Positions 28,820 through 41,156 of a stretch of 64,000 nucleotides of DNA are shown here, piece by piece. The DNA lies in contig JAFVGS010000016.1 of assembly GCA_017474845.1 (NCBI GenBank), positions 2,303 through 66,302 on the forward strand. Reading direction: 5' to 3'. Each line of letters opens with the position of its first letter. Position 1 is the first letter of the stretch. The position numbers were made by a program, and so were the translations under genes. The notes beneath the pieces are model-generated. The model saw nothing but the letters and a program-made list of their open reading frames with translations. It was not told the DNA's origin and did no database searches. This stretch comes from Prevotella sp. Lineage in GTDB: Bacteria > Bacteroidota > Bacteroidia > Bacteroidales > Bacteroidaceae.

Positions 28820-28850
28820 ATCATTTTTTACTTTCTTATTCATTAATTCA

Positions 28851-29702
28851 TTAATCGCAGGCTTTGAATGACATGTCGAGACCTTTCACGGAGTGCGTCA
28901 GGGCTCCGACGCTGACAAAGTCGACACCCTGCTCGGCATAGTCGCGGATGGTATCGAAGGTGATACCCCCACTCGACTCCGTCTCATAACGATGGGCAAT
29001 GAGGTCGACAGCCTTCTTCGTATCGGGCACGCTGAAGTTGTCGAGCATGATACGATCCACGCCGCCATGCTCCAGCACCTGGTTCAGTTCGTCGAACGAG
29101 CGCACTTCAATCTCTATCTTCAGCTTCAGGCCCTTCTCGTCCAGATACTTGTGGCAGCGGTCGATGGCGTTCACGATACCGCCGGCGAAATCCACATGGT
29201 TGTCCTTCAGCAGGATCATGTCGAAGAGTCCGATGCGATGGTTACAGCCTCCGCCGATCTTCACGGCCTGCTTCTCCAGCATACGCATGCCAGGGGTGGT
29301 CTTACGGGTGTCGAGCACCCGTGTGCCAGTACCTTTCAGCCGCTGCACATACTTATCGGTCATCGTGGCAATGCCGCTCATGCGCTGCATGATGTTCAGC
29401 ATCAGGCGCTCCGTCTGCAACAGCGAGCGCACACGGCCTGTGACGATCATGGCGATGTCGCCCTTCTTCACACGACTGCCGTCGCCCATCAGCACCTCCA
29501 CCTGCATCTCAGGGTCGAAACGGCGGAACACCTCCTTGGCGATCTCTACGCCGGCCAGGATACCGTCTTCCTTGATGAGCAGATGCGACTTGCCCATCGC
29601 GTCCTCAGGGATACAACACAAGGTGGTATGGTCGCCGTCACCTATATCTTCTGCAAACGACAGATCAATCAGTCTGTCAACGAGTTCTTCAACACTCAGC
29701 AT
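28851..29702 (-). CDS. nadC: Quinolinate phosphoribosyltransferase
   Basis: DTRKT, HRIGL, KDNH, MLDN and ESSGG motifs. Confidence 0.96.
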   Translation of the reverse strand: MLSVEELVDRLIDLSFAEDIGDGDHTTLCCIPEDAMGKSHLLIKEDGILAGVEIAKEVFRRFDPEMQVEVLMGDGSRVKKGDIAMIVTGRVRSLLQTERLMLNIMQRMSGIATMTDKYVQRLKGTGTRVLDTRKTTPGMRMLEKQAVKIGGGCNHRIGLFDMILLKDNHVDFAGGIVNAIDRCHKYLDEKGLKLKIEIEVRSFDELNQVLEHGGVDRIMLDNFSVPDTKKAVDLIAHRYETESSGGITFDTIRDYAEQGVDFVSVGALTHSVKGLDMSFKACD

Positions 29703-29737
29703 ACCTTTTTCCTTTTTACTTTTTTACTTTTTTACCT

Positions 29738-30253
29738 TTAAAAATAGACGCCGAGACCGATACGGACACCTAAGCCAGAGTAGTCGCTGTCCTTGAAGCT
29801 GTGCTCATAGTAAACCTCAGGATCCAAAGTTAGATGTTCTCCCAGGAAGAAGCAGTATCCCGCATGGATCTCAGGACGGAAGTCGCTGAAGCTGACATCA
29901 GACGACTTGACATGGGCATACTTGGCAATGGCACCCAGATAGATACCGCAGCTCTCAAAATAGTAACGTGCACCTGCACCGATCTGCGTCGTGAGGATGT
30001 CAAAATTGTTCTGGCCGACAAACTCAAAAACACCCAGCGCCATCACGTTGTCCAGGAACAGATAACCGGCCCTGGCGTTGAGACCAAGCTTGAAGTCGGT
30101 GTTCTTGCTGTAGGAAAACGATGCACTTGAGGCCGAGGCACTCACATAGAACTTACCTTCGGTGAACGGTGTCTCTGGATCATTCAGATACTGGGCGTTC
30201 ACACTCACCGTCGCCATCATCAGGCCGATGGCTGCCATCATCAGTTTTTTCAT
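29738..30253 (-). CDS. Small outer-membrane beta-barrel protein
   Basis: Signal peptide, alternating beta-strand pattern, C-terminal GLGVYF. Confidence 0.8.
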   Translation of the reverse strand: MKKLMMAAIGLMMATVSVNAQYLNDPETPFTEGKFYVSASASSASFSYSKNTDFKLGLNARAGYLFLDNVMALGVFEFVGQNNFDILTTQIGAGARYYFESCGIYLGAIAKYAHVKSSDVSFSDFRPEIHAGYCFFLGEHLTLDPEVYYEHSFKDSDYSGLGVRIGLGVYF

Positions 30254-30288
30254 ATTACTCTTATCTCTTAATTCTAAATTCTCAATTC

Positions 30289-30547
30289 TTAACTCTCAAC
30301 TCTTACTTCCCTCCGGTACCAGATGCAGAACCACACGACGGGCACCGAAGATGGACCCCGTACCCGCAATGTTCAGGAACTGGATCATGAAGATCTTCCA
30401 ACTCGGGAGTACGACATAGTCCATACCGTCGGCCTTGGCCAAGGCTGGTGTCGCACGGTTGTCAGGCGCAAACACACGCTCCACAAAACGGCCGTAGAGC
30501 AGGTAGCCAATAACGAGCGCAATAAGGCTCAAACTAAATGAAATCAT
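30289..30547 (-). pseudogene. cstA: Carbon starvation protein A remnant with internal deletion
   Basis: CstA N-terminus (TPA...DG.DY, FLNIAGTG.IFGA) is joined out of frame to a C-terminus-like VVWFCIWYRREVRVES*. Confidence 0.8.
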
Positions 30548-30646
30548 GTTCTAAACTACAATTAATCAATTTTTGCATGCAAAAGTACAAATAAATTGTG
30601 AATTATTTAGTAACTTTGCACCAAAATTTAAGATTTAAGGAATATT

Positions 30647-32137
30647 TTGAAAACAATTATAAGAATTTTTATCCTATTTACGCTGGCTCTGAACGTCTCT
30701 GCCCAGTCGCCGAAGCATGAGGTGAGGGCCGTCTGGCTCACCACTCTCTATGGTTTGGACTGGCCGAAGACCACCTCACCTGAAAAGCAGCGGTGCGACC
30801 TCATCCGCATCCTCGACCAGTATCAGCAGGCCAATATCAACACCGTTCTCTTCCAGGCCCGTGTCCGTGGCACCACCGTCTATTCCTCCGCCATCGAGCC
30901 CTGGGAGCCCTGTCTCACCAACACCCCAGGCGCGTCGCCAAGCTACGATCCCATGCAGTTCTGCATCGACGAGTGCCACAAGCGCGGCATGGAGTGTCAC
31001 GCCTGGATCGTCACCATCCCCATCGGCAAGGCCAACAACTACGGCTGTCAGCAGCTCCGCAAGAAATATCCCAAGCGCATCGTCAAGATCGACGAGGAAT
31101 ACTATATGAACCCTGAGCTGCCGGAGACGGGCGACTACATCGCCGACATCTGCCGTGAGGTGACCCACCGCTACGACATCGACGGCGTCCACCTCGACTA
31201 TATCCGCTACCCGGAGACGTGGAAGTTCAAGTACTCCCGCGAGGAGGCACGGCGCAACATCACCAGCATCGTCCGCAAGATCCACCACGCCGTGAAGGCC
31301 GAGAAGCCCTGGGTGAAGATATCTTGTTCGCCCGTGGGCAAGTTCGACGACCTGAGCCGGTTCAAGAGCAACGGCTGGAACGCCTACACTGCCGTCTGCC
31401 AGGATGCCCAGGGCTGGCTGCGCGAGGGACTCATGGACGAGCTCTACCCCATGATGTACTTCCAGGGCAACCAGTTCTTTCCCTTCCTGGCCGACTGGAA
31501 GGAGCACAGCTACGGCAAGATCATCGCTCCCGGACTGTCCATCTATATGCTCCACCCCTGCGAGCGCGACTGGGACCTCGGCATCATCCGCCGCGAGATG
31601 AACGTGCTCCGCCAGGAGGGCCTCGGCTACACCTTCTTCCGCTCGAAGTTCCTGACAGACAACGTCAAGGGCATCTTCACCTTCACCAAGGACTTCAACC
31701 GCACACCGGCCCTCATCCCCCCGATGACGTGGATGGGCAAGCACGCCCCTACCCCTGTCACCCTCCTGCAGATAGAACGCGGCAAGACCGAAGACCGGCT
31801 TGTCTGGTATGGTGCCAGAGACCTCTCCGGTGCCAACTACCTATTATATAATATATATGCCTCCAACACGTGGCCCGTCGACACCGACGATCCCCGCAAC
31901 CTCGTGGCGTCACGCTACCGCTATCAGTCGCTCACCGTGCCCCACAAGGGCCGCGCCCTCTACTACGCCGTGACGGCCGCAGACCGCTATGGCAACGAGA
32001 GCACAGACAAGCAGGAGCCGGGAGTCAGGCGACAGAAGCCTACCAGGCATATCGACATCCGCAGCCTGATAGTCGGCCAATCAAAGAAATCAAAGAAATC
32101 AAAGAAGAAAACTAAAAAACAATCTCATTTTAAATAA
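30647..32137 (+). CDS. Family-10-like glycosyl hydrolase (DUF187/GHL10)
   Basis: EVRAVWLTT..LDWP, FQAR, HAW, DGVHLDYIRYP; FN3-like C-terminus and K-rich tail; TTG start. Confidence 0.88.
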   Translation: MKTIIRIFILFTLALNVSAQSPKHEVRAVWLTTLYGLDWPKTTSPEKQRCDLIRILDQYQQANINTVLFQARVRGTTVYSSAIEPWEPCLTNTPGASPSYDPMQFCIDECHKRGMECHAWIVTIPIGKANNYGCQQLRKKYPKRIVKIDEEYYMNPELPETGDYIADICREVTHRYDIDGVHLDYIRYPETWKFKYSREEARRNITSIVRKIHHAVKAEKPWVKISCSPVGKFDDLSRFKSNGWNAYTAVCQDAQGWLREGLMDELYPMMYFQGNQFFPFLADWKEHSYGKIIAPGLSIYMLHPCERDWDLGIIRREMNVLRQEGLGYTFFRSKFLTDNVKGIFTFTKDFNRTPALIPPMTWMGKHAPTPVTLLQIERGKTEDRLVWYGARDLSGANYLLYNIYASNTWPVDTDDPRNLVASRYRYQSLTVPHKGRALYYAVTAADRYGNESTDKQEPGVRRQKPTRHIDIRSLIVGQSKKSKKSKKKTKKQSHFK

Positions 32138-32148
32138 AAAAAGTCTAT

Positions 32149-33402
32149 ATGGAAAGAACATGGAGATGGTTTGGCAAGAAAGACAAGATCACCCTTGCCC
32201 AGCTGAGACAAATCGGAGTTGAAGGCATCGTAACAGCCCTTCACGACGTACCTTTAGGCGAGGTCTGGACCCGTGAGAAGATCCGCGACCTGCGCGAGTA
32301 CATTGAGAGCTATGGCATGCGATGGAGCGTCGTTGAGTCGCTGCCCGTCGTAGAGACCATCAAGTATGGCGGCCCTGACCGCGACCATCAGATCGAGGTC
32401 TACAAGGAGTCGCTGCGCAACCTCGCGGCAGAGGGCATCCATTGCATCTGCTACAATTTCATGCCCGTGCTCGACTGGGCCCGCACGGACCTGTTCCACG
32501 ACAATCCCAACGGCGCGACGAACCTCTATTTCAACTATGCCGAGTTCGCCTATTTCGACATCTACATCCTCAAGCGCCAGGGAGCCCGCGAGGAGTGGGC
32601 CAAGTTCCAGTTCCCTGAGGGCTGGGGCGAGGGCCGCAACGTGCTGGCAGAGGCCGACGAGCTGGCCAAGACGATGACGCCCGAGAAGGATCACCAGCTC
32701 GTGGAGACCATCATCATCAAGACGCAGGGCTTCGTCTCCGGCAACTTCAGCGAGAACGACGAGGCGCCCGTACAGAAGTTCCGTGAGTTCCTCGAGCTCT
32801 ACAAGGGCATCGACAAGGCGCAGCTGCGTGCCAACATGAAGTACTTCCTCGAGGCCATCATGCCCACGTGTGAGGAATACGGCATGAACATGTGCGTCCA
32901 CCCCGACGATCCCCCCATCGAGATCCTCGGCCTGCCGCGCATCGTCCGCACCGAGGAGGATATCCAGTGGTTCCTCGATGCCGTGCCCAACAAGCACAAC
33001 GGCCTGACCTTCTGCGCCGGCTCGCTCTCAGCAGGTGCCTACAACAACGTGGTGGACCTCGCACGCAAGTTCGCTTCGCGCACCCACTTCGTCCATCTGC
33101 GCTCCTGCCACATCTTCCCCAACGGCGACTTCACGGAGGCCTCCCACCTCGGCGGCCGTGCAGACCTCATCGAGCTCTGCCGCATCTTCGAGAAGGAGAA
33201 CCCCGCACTGCCCATGCGTGTCGACCACGGCATGACGCTCACCGACCAGCCAGGCGGTGTCTTCGACGAGTCATCCCACGGCCATAACGCCGGCTACACC
33301 CTCCTCGGACGTATGTTCGCCCTCGGCCAGGTGCAGGGCATCCTCGCCACCGTCGACCGCGAGTTAGGAATCGAATACAAACAACCCGGATTCTTCGACT
33401 AA
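32149..33402 (+). CDS. uxuA: Mannonate dehydratase
   Basis: WRWFG, CYNFMPVLDWART, HPDDPP and RVDHG motifs. Confidence 0.95.
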   Translation: MERTWRWFGKKDKITLAQLRQIGVEGIVTALHDVPLGEVWTREKIRDLREYIESYGMRWSVVESLPVVETIKYGGPDRDHQIEVYKESLRNLAAEGIHCICYNFMPVLDWARTDLFHDNPNGATNLYFNYAEFAYFDIYILKRQGAREEWAKFQFPEGWGEGRNVLAEADELAKTMTPEKDHQLVETIIIKTQGFVSGNFSENDEAPVQKFREFLELYKGIDKAQLRANMKYFLEAIMPTCEEYGMNMCVHPDDPPIEILGLPRIVRTEEDIQWFLDAVPNKHNGLTFCAGSLSAGAYNNVVDLARKFASRTHFVHLRSCHIFPNGDFTEASHLGGRADLIELCRIFEKENPALPMRVDHGMTLTDQPGGVFDESSHGHNAGYTLLGRMFALGQVQGILATVDRELGIEYKQPGFFD

Positions 33403-33429
33403 TTAATTCGTGCCTATAATATATAACCT

Positions 33430-35016
33430 ATGAAACTGAATGATATTATTTCCGGCAATTTCAACGCCGCAGAGTGGGAAGCCAAAGGCTATGAGCTTCC
33501 CAAGTTCGACATCAAGGCCATCCGCGAGAAGACCGCCAAGGAGCCCACATGGGTACACTTCGGCGGCGGCAACATCTTCCGCGCCTTCCCGGCTGCCATC
33601 CTCAACGACGCCTTGAACACGGGCCGTTACGACCGTGGCGTCATCGTCGCCGAGACCTTCGACTTCGAGGTCATCGACAAGGCCTACGCCCCCTACAACA
33701 ACCTCTCGCTCTGCGTGAACCTCTGCTCCGACGGCTCCATCGAGAAGAAAGTCATCGCCAGCGTCACCGAGGCCCTCAAGGCCGATCCCCAGTTCCCCGA
33801 CTGGCAGCGACTGGTCGAGATCTTCCGCAACCCCTCGCTGCAGATGATCTCCTTCACCATCACCGAGAAGGGCTACACCTACAACGATGCCGACCTCGCG
33901 CGCGGCCTGAAGCCCCTCTTTGCCATGGGAAAGGTCTGCGCCCTGCTCTATGAGCGCTGGCAGGCCGGACAGCGGCCCCTCACCGTCCAGTCGATGGACA
34001 ACTGCTCGCACAACGGCGACAAGGTGCGCGCCGGCATCCTCGCCTACGCCGAGAAGTGGGCTACCGACGGCCTCGTGCCCGCCGCCTTCGTCGACTACCT
34101 GAAAGACGAGACCCACATCACCTTCCCCTGGTCGATGATCGACAAGATCACCCCCCGTCCCCACGAGAAGGTCAAGGAGATGCTCGCCGCCGACGGATTC
34201 GAGGACAACAACTACATCGAGACCGAGAAGCACACCTTCACCGCTCCCTTCGTGAACGCAGAGGAAGTGCAGTATCTCGTCATCGAGGACAACTACACCA
34301 ACGGCCGTCCCCCGCTCGACCTCGGCGGTGCCCTCTACACCACCCGTGAGACCGTCGACAAGGTGGAGACCATGAAGGTGACCACCTGTCTGAATCCCCT
34401 GCATACCGCCATGTCCATCTATGGCTGCATGCTCGGCTACACGCTCATCTCTGCCGAGATGGCCGACGAAGACCTGCGCCCCTTCATCCAGAAGATCGGC
34501 TATATGGAGGCCATGCCCGTGGTCACCGATCCCGGCGTGCTGAACCCCTACGAGTTCATCGGCGCCGTCATCAACCGTCGTCTGCCGAATCCCTTCATGC
34601 CCGACGCTCCCCAGCGTATCGCCATGGACACCTCCCAGAAGCTGCCCATCCGCTTCGGTGAGACCATCAAGAAGTACCTCGCACGCGGCCTCGACAAGTC
34701 CAACCTCGTGCTCATCCCCCTCACCCTCGCCGGCTACGCCCGTTATCTGAAGGGCATCAAGGACGACGGCACGCCCTTTGAGCCCTCGCCCGATCCCATG
34801 CTGGCAGAGCTGCAGGCCATCGTCGCCCCCTTGGAGATCGGTAAGCCCGATCAGGACTGGAGCCCGCTCAAGCAGCTCTACTCCCGCAAGGACATCTTCG
34901 CTGTCGACCTCTATGAGGCAGGCCTCGGTGACCAGATCGAGGGCATGGTCAAGGAACTCTACGCCGGCCCTGGTGCCGTCCGCGCAACGCTCCACAAATA
35001 CGTCGTTGCCAGATAA
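33430..35016 (+). CDS. uxuB: Mannitol dehydrogenase family protein, probable fructuronate reductase
   Basis: HFGGGNIFRA, TITEKGY, SMDN and IDKITP motifs; follows uxuA. Confidence 0.8.
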   Translation: MKLNDIISGNFNAAEWEAKGYELPKFDIKAIREKTAKEPTWVHFGGGNIFRAFPAAILNDALNTGRYDRGVIVAETFDFEVIDKAYAPYNNLSLCVNLCSDGSIEKKVIASVTEALKADPQFPDWQRLVEIFRNPSLQMISFTITEKGYTYNDADLARGLKPLFAMGKVCALLYERWQAGQRPLTVQSMDNCSHNGDKVRAGILAYAEKWATDGLVPAAFVDYLKDETHITFPWSMIDKITPRPHEKVKEMLAADGFEDNNYIETEKHTFTAPFVNAEEVQYLVIEDNYTNGRPPLDLGGALYTTRETVDKVETMKVTTCLNPLHTAMSIYGCMLGYTLISAEMADEDLRPFIQKIGYMEAMPVVTDPGVLNPYEFIGAVINRRLPNPFMPDAPQRIAMDTSQKLPIRFGETIKKYLARGLDKSNLVLIPLTLAGYARYLKGIKDDGTPFEPSPDPMLAELQAIVAPLEIGKPDQDWSPLKQLYSRKDIFAVDLYEAGLGDQIEGMVKELYAGPGAVRATLHKYVVAR

Positions 35017-35050
35017 AAATAAATCCCAGCCGATGGCTGGGATTTATTTT
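35016..35050. terminator. Bidirectional terminator
   Basis: Perfect 16-bp arms AAAATAAATCCCAGCC / GGCTGGGATTTATTTT between convergent genes. Confidence 0.9.
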
Positions 35051-35066
35051 ATAGTCATTTTATCAA

Positions 35067-35546
35067 TTACTCTTCAGTGATGGCGGAGAAGGTGAGCTTC
35101 TCGTAACCCTCAAAGTCGTCGAACTGCACCTGGAAGTTGGCATACAGGTAGTAGTTGCCACCAGTGTTGTGCGTGTCCTTGATGGATTTGCTCTTGGCCA
35201 GCGCGTTGAGGATCTGGTTGTAGACGACCTTATCGTTGTTGTCGTCAGCAATCTGGATGGCCATCGAAGTCACCACGCCGTTCTCGATCTTGTAGGTGTA
35301 GTCGCCAGCGGCATAGAGCTGGAAGTTGTCCGTCTCGAGGATGGTCTCCAGTTCACCCACAGCAGCCTCGAGTTCCTCCTTGGTGGAGTTGACGAAGTTG
35401 ATGGGCTCCAGGTTCTCGTCGAGCTTGATATAAGTGGTGTCTACCTCGTTGGTGACGTTCGTCTCTTCTGCATACATCGCAGTAGCACCCACGAGCATCA
35501 TCATGCCCATGAGCATCATTTTCTTCAGTGTCTTCATCTTTTTCAT
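35067..35546 (-). CDS. Acidic secreted hypothetical protein
   Basis: Met-rich signal peptide ending AMYA; own promoter element at 35581-35589; host-like codon usage. Confidence 0.75.
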   Translation of the reverse strand: MKKMKTLKKMMLMGMMMLVGATAMYAEETNVTNEVDTTYIKLDENLEPINFVNSTKEELEAAVGELETILETDNFQLYAAGDYTYKIENGVVTSMAIQIADDNNDKVVYNQILNALAKSKSIKDTHNTGGNYYLYANFQVQFDDFEGYEKLTFSAITEE

Positions 35547-35702
35547 CTTGTTATCGTTATCTCAAAATCTCTTTCTGGGTGCAAAGGTAGCAAATATTAA
35601 GATACGCACCAACTCTTTTTGGCAAAAAAACTATAAAAACACCGTCTGCGGTGACGATTTTGACAAAAGTCAAGGGAAAATCGTGTCATAATGTAACTTT
35701 TT

Positions 35703-35807
35703 CTCCCCCTGAGTAGGGGGAGCCAGAGGGGGTCTGAACCGCCTTAGACAATACGCTTGTTCAGACCACCCCTGACCCCTCCTAACTCAGGAGGGGAAAC
35801 AGATACC
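35703..35807. repeat. Inverted pair of REP-like hairpins downstream of the GH2 gene
   Basis: CTCCCCCT...AGGGGGAG and CCCCTCCT...AGGAGGGG hairpins; GGTCTGAAC / GTTCAGACC inverted link. Confidence 0.85.
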
Positions 35808-38960
<3,153 letters not shown>

Positions 38961-39012
38961 TTACAAATAAAAAATGAAAAATATGTATCTTTGCAACAAA
39001 TTTTATCAAGAG

Positions 39013-39663
39013 ATGAGAAAAGAAGAAAGATACAGACGGATTCTCGCCCATTTCCGCGAGCAGATGCCGGAGGTGAACACCGAACTGGAGTTCGGCAGTG
39101 TGTTTCAGTTATTGGTAGCAGTGGTGCTGAGTGCCCAGTGTACCGACAAACGGGTTAACCAAGTGACACCCGAGTTGTTTCTTCACTACCCTAACGCCCG
39201 TTCGATGGCTCAGGCAGAACCCGAGGACGTGCTGGAATACATCAGCAGCGTCTCCTACCCCAACGCCAAGGCAGACCACCTCGTGAAGATGGCCCGTCTA
39301 CTGGTGGAGCGGCATGACGGTGAGGTGCCGTCGGACATGAACTTGCTGCTGGACTTGCCCGGTGTAGGCCGTAAGACGGCAAATGTGATTCAGAGTGTGG
39401 CCTTCGGGAAATCCACCCTCGCCGTCGACACCCATGTCTATCGTGTGGCACATCGCTTAGGTCTGGTCACACAGCGTGCCAACACCCCATACAAGGTGGA
39501 GATGGAACTGACGAAGTACATCCCTACGGAGGAGATTCCCCGTGCCCACCACTGGCTCCTGCTGCACGGCCGCTATGTCTGCACGTCGCGCAAGCCACAC
39601 TGCGAGAAGTGCGACCTCTCCGGGATCTGTCCGAAGCTGATCGAGGGTTCGAAACTGGCATAA
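39013..39663 (+). CDS. nth: Endonuclease III
   Basis: LSAQCTD, LPGVGRKTA HhH, VDTH and CX6CX2CX5C; -7 element at 38986. Confidence 0.96.
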   Translation: MRKEERYRRILAHFREQMPEVNTELEFGSVFQLLVAVVLSAQCTDKRVNQVTPELFLHYPNARSMAQAEPEDVLEYISSVSYPNAKADHLVKMARLLVERHDGEVPSDMNLLLDLPGVGRKTANVIQSVAFGKSTLAVDTHVYRVAHRLGLVTQRANTPYKVEMELTKYIPTEEIPRAHHWLLLHGRYVCTSRKPHCEKCDLSGICPKLIEGSKLA

Positions 39664-39673
39664 AAAAAGAGCA

Positions 39674-40174
39674 TCATTTCTGATGCCCTTGTCTTTGTGG
39701 ATGACCGTTGCCCTGTCCCCAGTTCCTGAATGTACGGCGATGGAAACGTTCCTCTGCCTGTATCACCTGAAGCACCTTCGAGGCAGGAAGCACATCGAAG
39801 AATTTCTCGTGGTAGGTCTTTTGTATCTTCTTCATTTCCAATTCCGTAGCATCACGGCGCTCAACCAGTTTACGGCAGGCGGCATCGTCGACGGGCTTAA
39901 CAAAGCCTTCCTTTCTCACCTTCTCAAAGATGGCCCTCTGCTTCTGCTGCATCTCACGGTACAACGGGAAGAACTTCGCACTCTCGTCGGCAGTAAGCCC
40001 TGCCTCCTTAGTGATAAACTGCTCCATCTCTGCCTGGAACTTCTCCGGCGAGAACTTCCTGCCAGTTTCCTGAGCCGCTAACGGCGAAAAGGTGAAAAGG
40101 TGGAAGAGTGAAAGCCATACGGCCTTCATACAAACACTTTTTACCTGACACCTTATCATACAATATATCTTCAT
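39674..40174 (-). CDS. Periplasmic helical protein (Spy/CpxP-like)
   Basis: Signal peptide; LT..E..KFFPLY pattern; last gene of the ECF operon. Start uncertain. Confidence 0.65.
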   Translation of the reverse strand: MKIYCMIRCQVKSVCMKAVWLSLFHLFTFSPLAAQETGRKFSPEKFQAEMEQFITKEAGLTADESAKFFPLYREMQQKQRAIFEKVRKEGFVKPVDDAACRKLVERRDATELEMKKIQKTYHEKFFDVLPASKVLQVIQAEERFHRRTFRNWGQGNGHPQRQGHQK

Positions 40175-40231
40175 CTTTCTTTCACCTTGTCACCTTTTTA
40201 CTTTTTTACCTCTTTACTTTTTTACCTTTAC

Positions 40232-40585
40232 TTAATACTCAGATGCCAGACAGGCATAGATGTCCTGATTGTCGAGCATCATGTAGTCTGCAGCCTCATC
40301 GAAGAAGGCATCGTCAGGCTGCTGCTGCACCACCACCTCGGCCATCGGCCCCTGCGAGGGATCTGACGCCTGTGGCCATGCCAGCCAGGCAGCGGTAGAC
40401 ACGAACAATGCACAGACGGCAGCAGCAGCCCACCACACGGGCCGCATCCATACCGTCCGGGCTTTCTGACGGCGCTCCGGCAACTTGTCCATCACCTGAG
40501 CCGTCAGCTGCTCGAAATAGCCCTCAGGCACCGTGAAAGGATTCCTGCGGCCAAGCTTGTCTGATATGTACTTTTCTTCTTCCAT
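40232..40585 (-). CDS. Putative anti-sigma membrane protein
   Basis: NPFTVPEGYFE motif and a single TM segment, directly after the ECF sigma gene. Confidence 0.7.
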   Translation of the reverse strand: MEEEKYISDKLGRRNPFTVPEGYFEQLTAQVMDKLPERRQKARTVWMRPVWWAAAAVCALFVSTAAWLAWPQASDPSQGPMAEVVVQQQPDDAFFDEAADYMMLDNQDIYACLASEY

Positions 40586-40616
40586 CGAATGTTTGACGTA
40601 TAAGTATGCAATTGGT

Positions 40617-41156
40617 TTAATCACGAAGCTTAAAAAATTCAGAGATTTTCTTCACGGCGATGTGATAGGAGGCTTTCAGCGCTCCCTCAGAGGTACCAAG
40701 CATGTGGCTGATATCGCTGTATTTCATCTCGTCGAAGTAGCGCAGTTGGAACACAGTACGCTGAACGTCAGGCAGTTGCGCGATGGCCTCCTGCAACAGC
40801 GCCTCGGTTTCCGTACCATCGAAATAGGGGTCTGCCAGCAGAGAGCTGGCCACAGAATATTCATCTTCACTGACTGTCAGACGATGCTTGTTCTTCCGCA
40901 ACAGGTCGAGAGCCTCGTTGATGGCGATACGCGAGAGCCAGGTAAACACCTTCGAATCGCCTCCGAAGGTGTCGAGGGCGTTCCATGCTTTCAGGAACGC
41001 GTTCTGCACCACGTCGTCGGCATCGTCATGGGTGAGCACGATCTTTCTGACCTGCCAGTAGAGCTGTTCACCATACTGACGTACAGCAGCCTCAAAACCC
41101 TGGCGCTGGGTCTTGGGATCCAATAGCATCTGTCTGATCTGCTGGTCGTCCATCAT
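40617..41156 (-). CDS. ECF RNA polymerase sigma-70 factor
   Basis: DADDVVQNAF, FTWLSRIAIN and region 4 SEGALKASYH. Confidence 0.92.
   Translation of the reverse strand: MMDDQQIRQMLLDPKTQRQGFEAAVRQYGEQLYWQVRKIVLTHDDADDVVQNAFLKAWNALDTFGGDSKVFTWLSRIAINEALDLLRKNKHRLTVSEDEYSVASSLLADPYFDGTETEALLQEAIAQLPDVQRTVFQLRYFDEMKYSDISHMLGTSEGALKASYHIAVKKISEFFKLRD

Noticed and set aside
32081-32110. (TCAAAGAAA)3 repeat encoding an SKK tail
   Set aside because: Ordinary in-frame low-complexity tail.
33403-34995. 530-aa antisense ORF over uxuB, and similar ones over queA, GHL10, nadC and lacZ
   Set aside because: Shadow ORFs caused by high GC3 codon bias; no motifs, and they lie over well-supported genes.
35703-35807. 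Repeats as a CRISPR array or IS ends
   Set aside because: No repeat-spacer periodicity, and no cas or transposase gene in the window.
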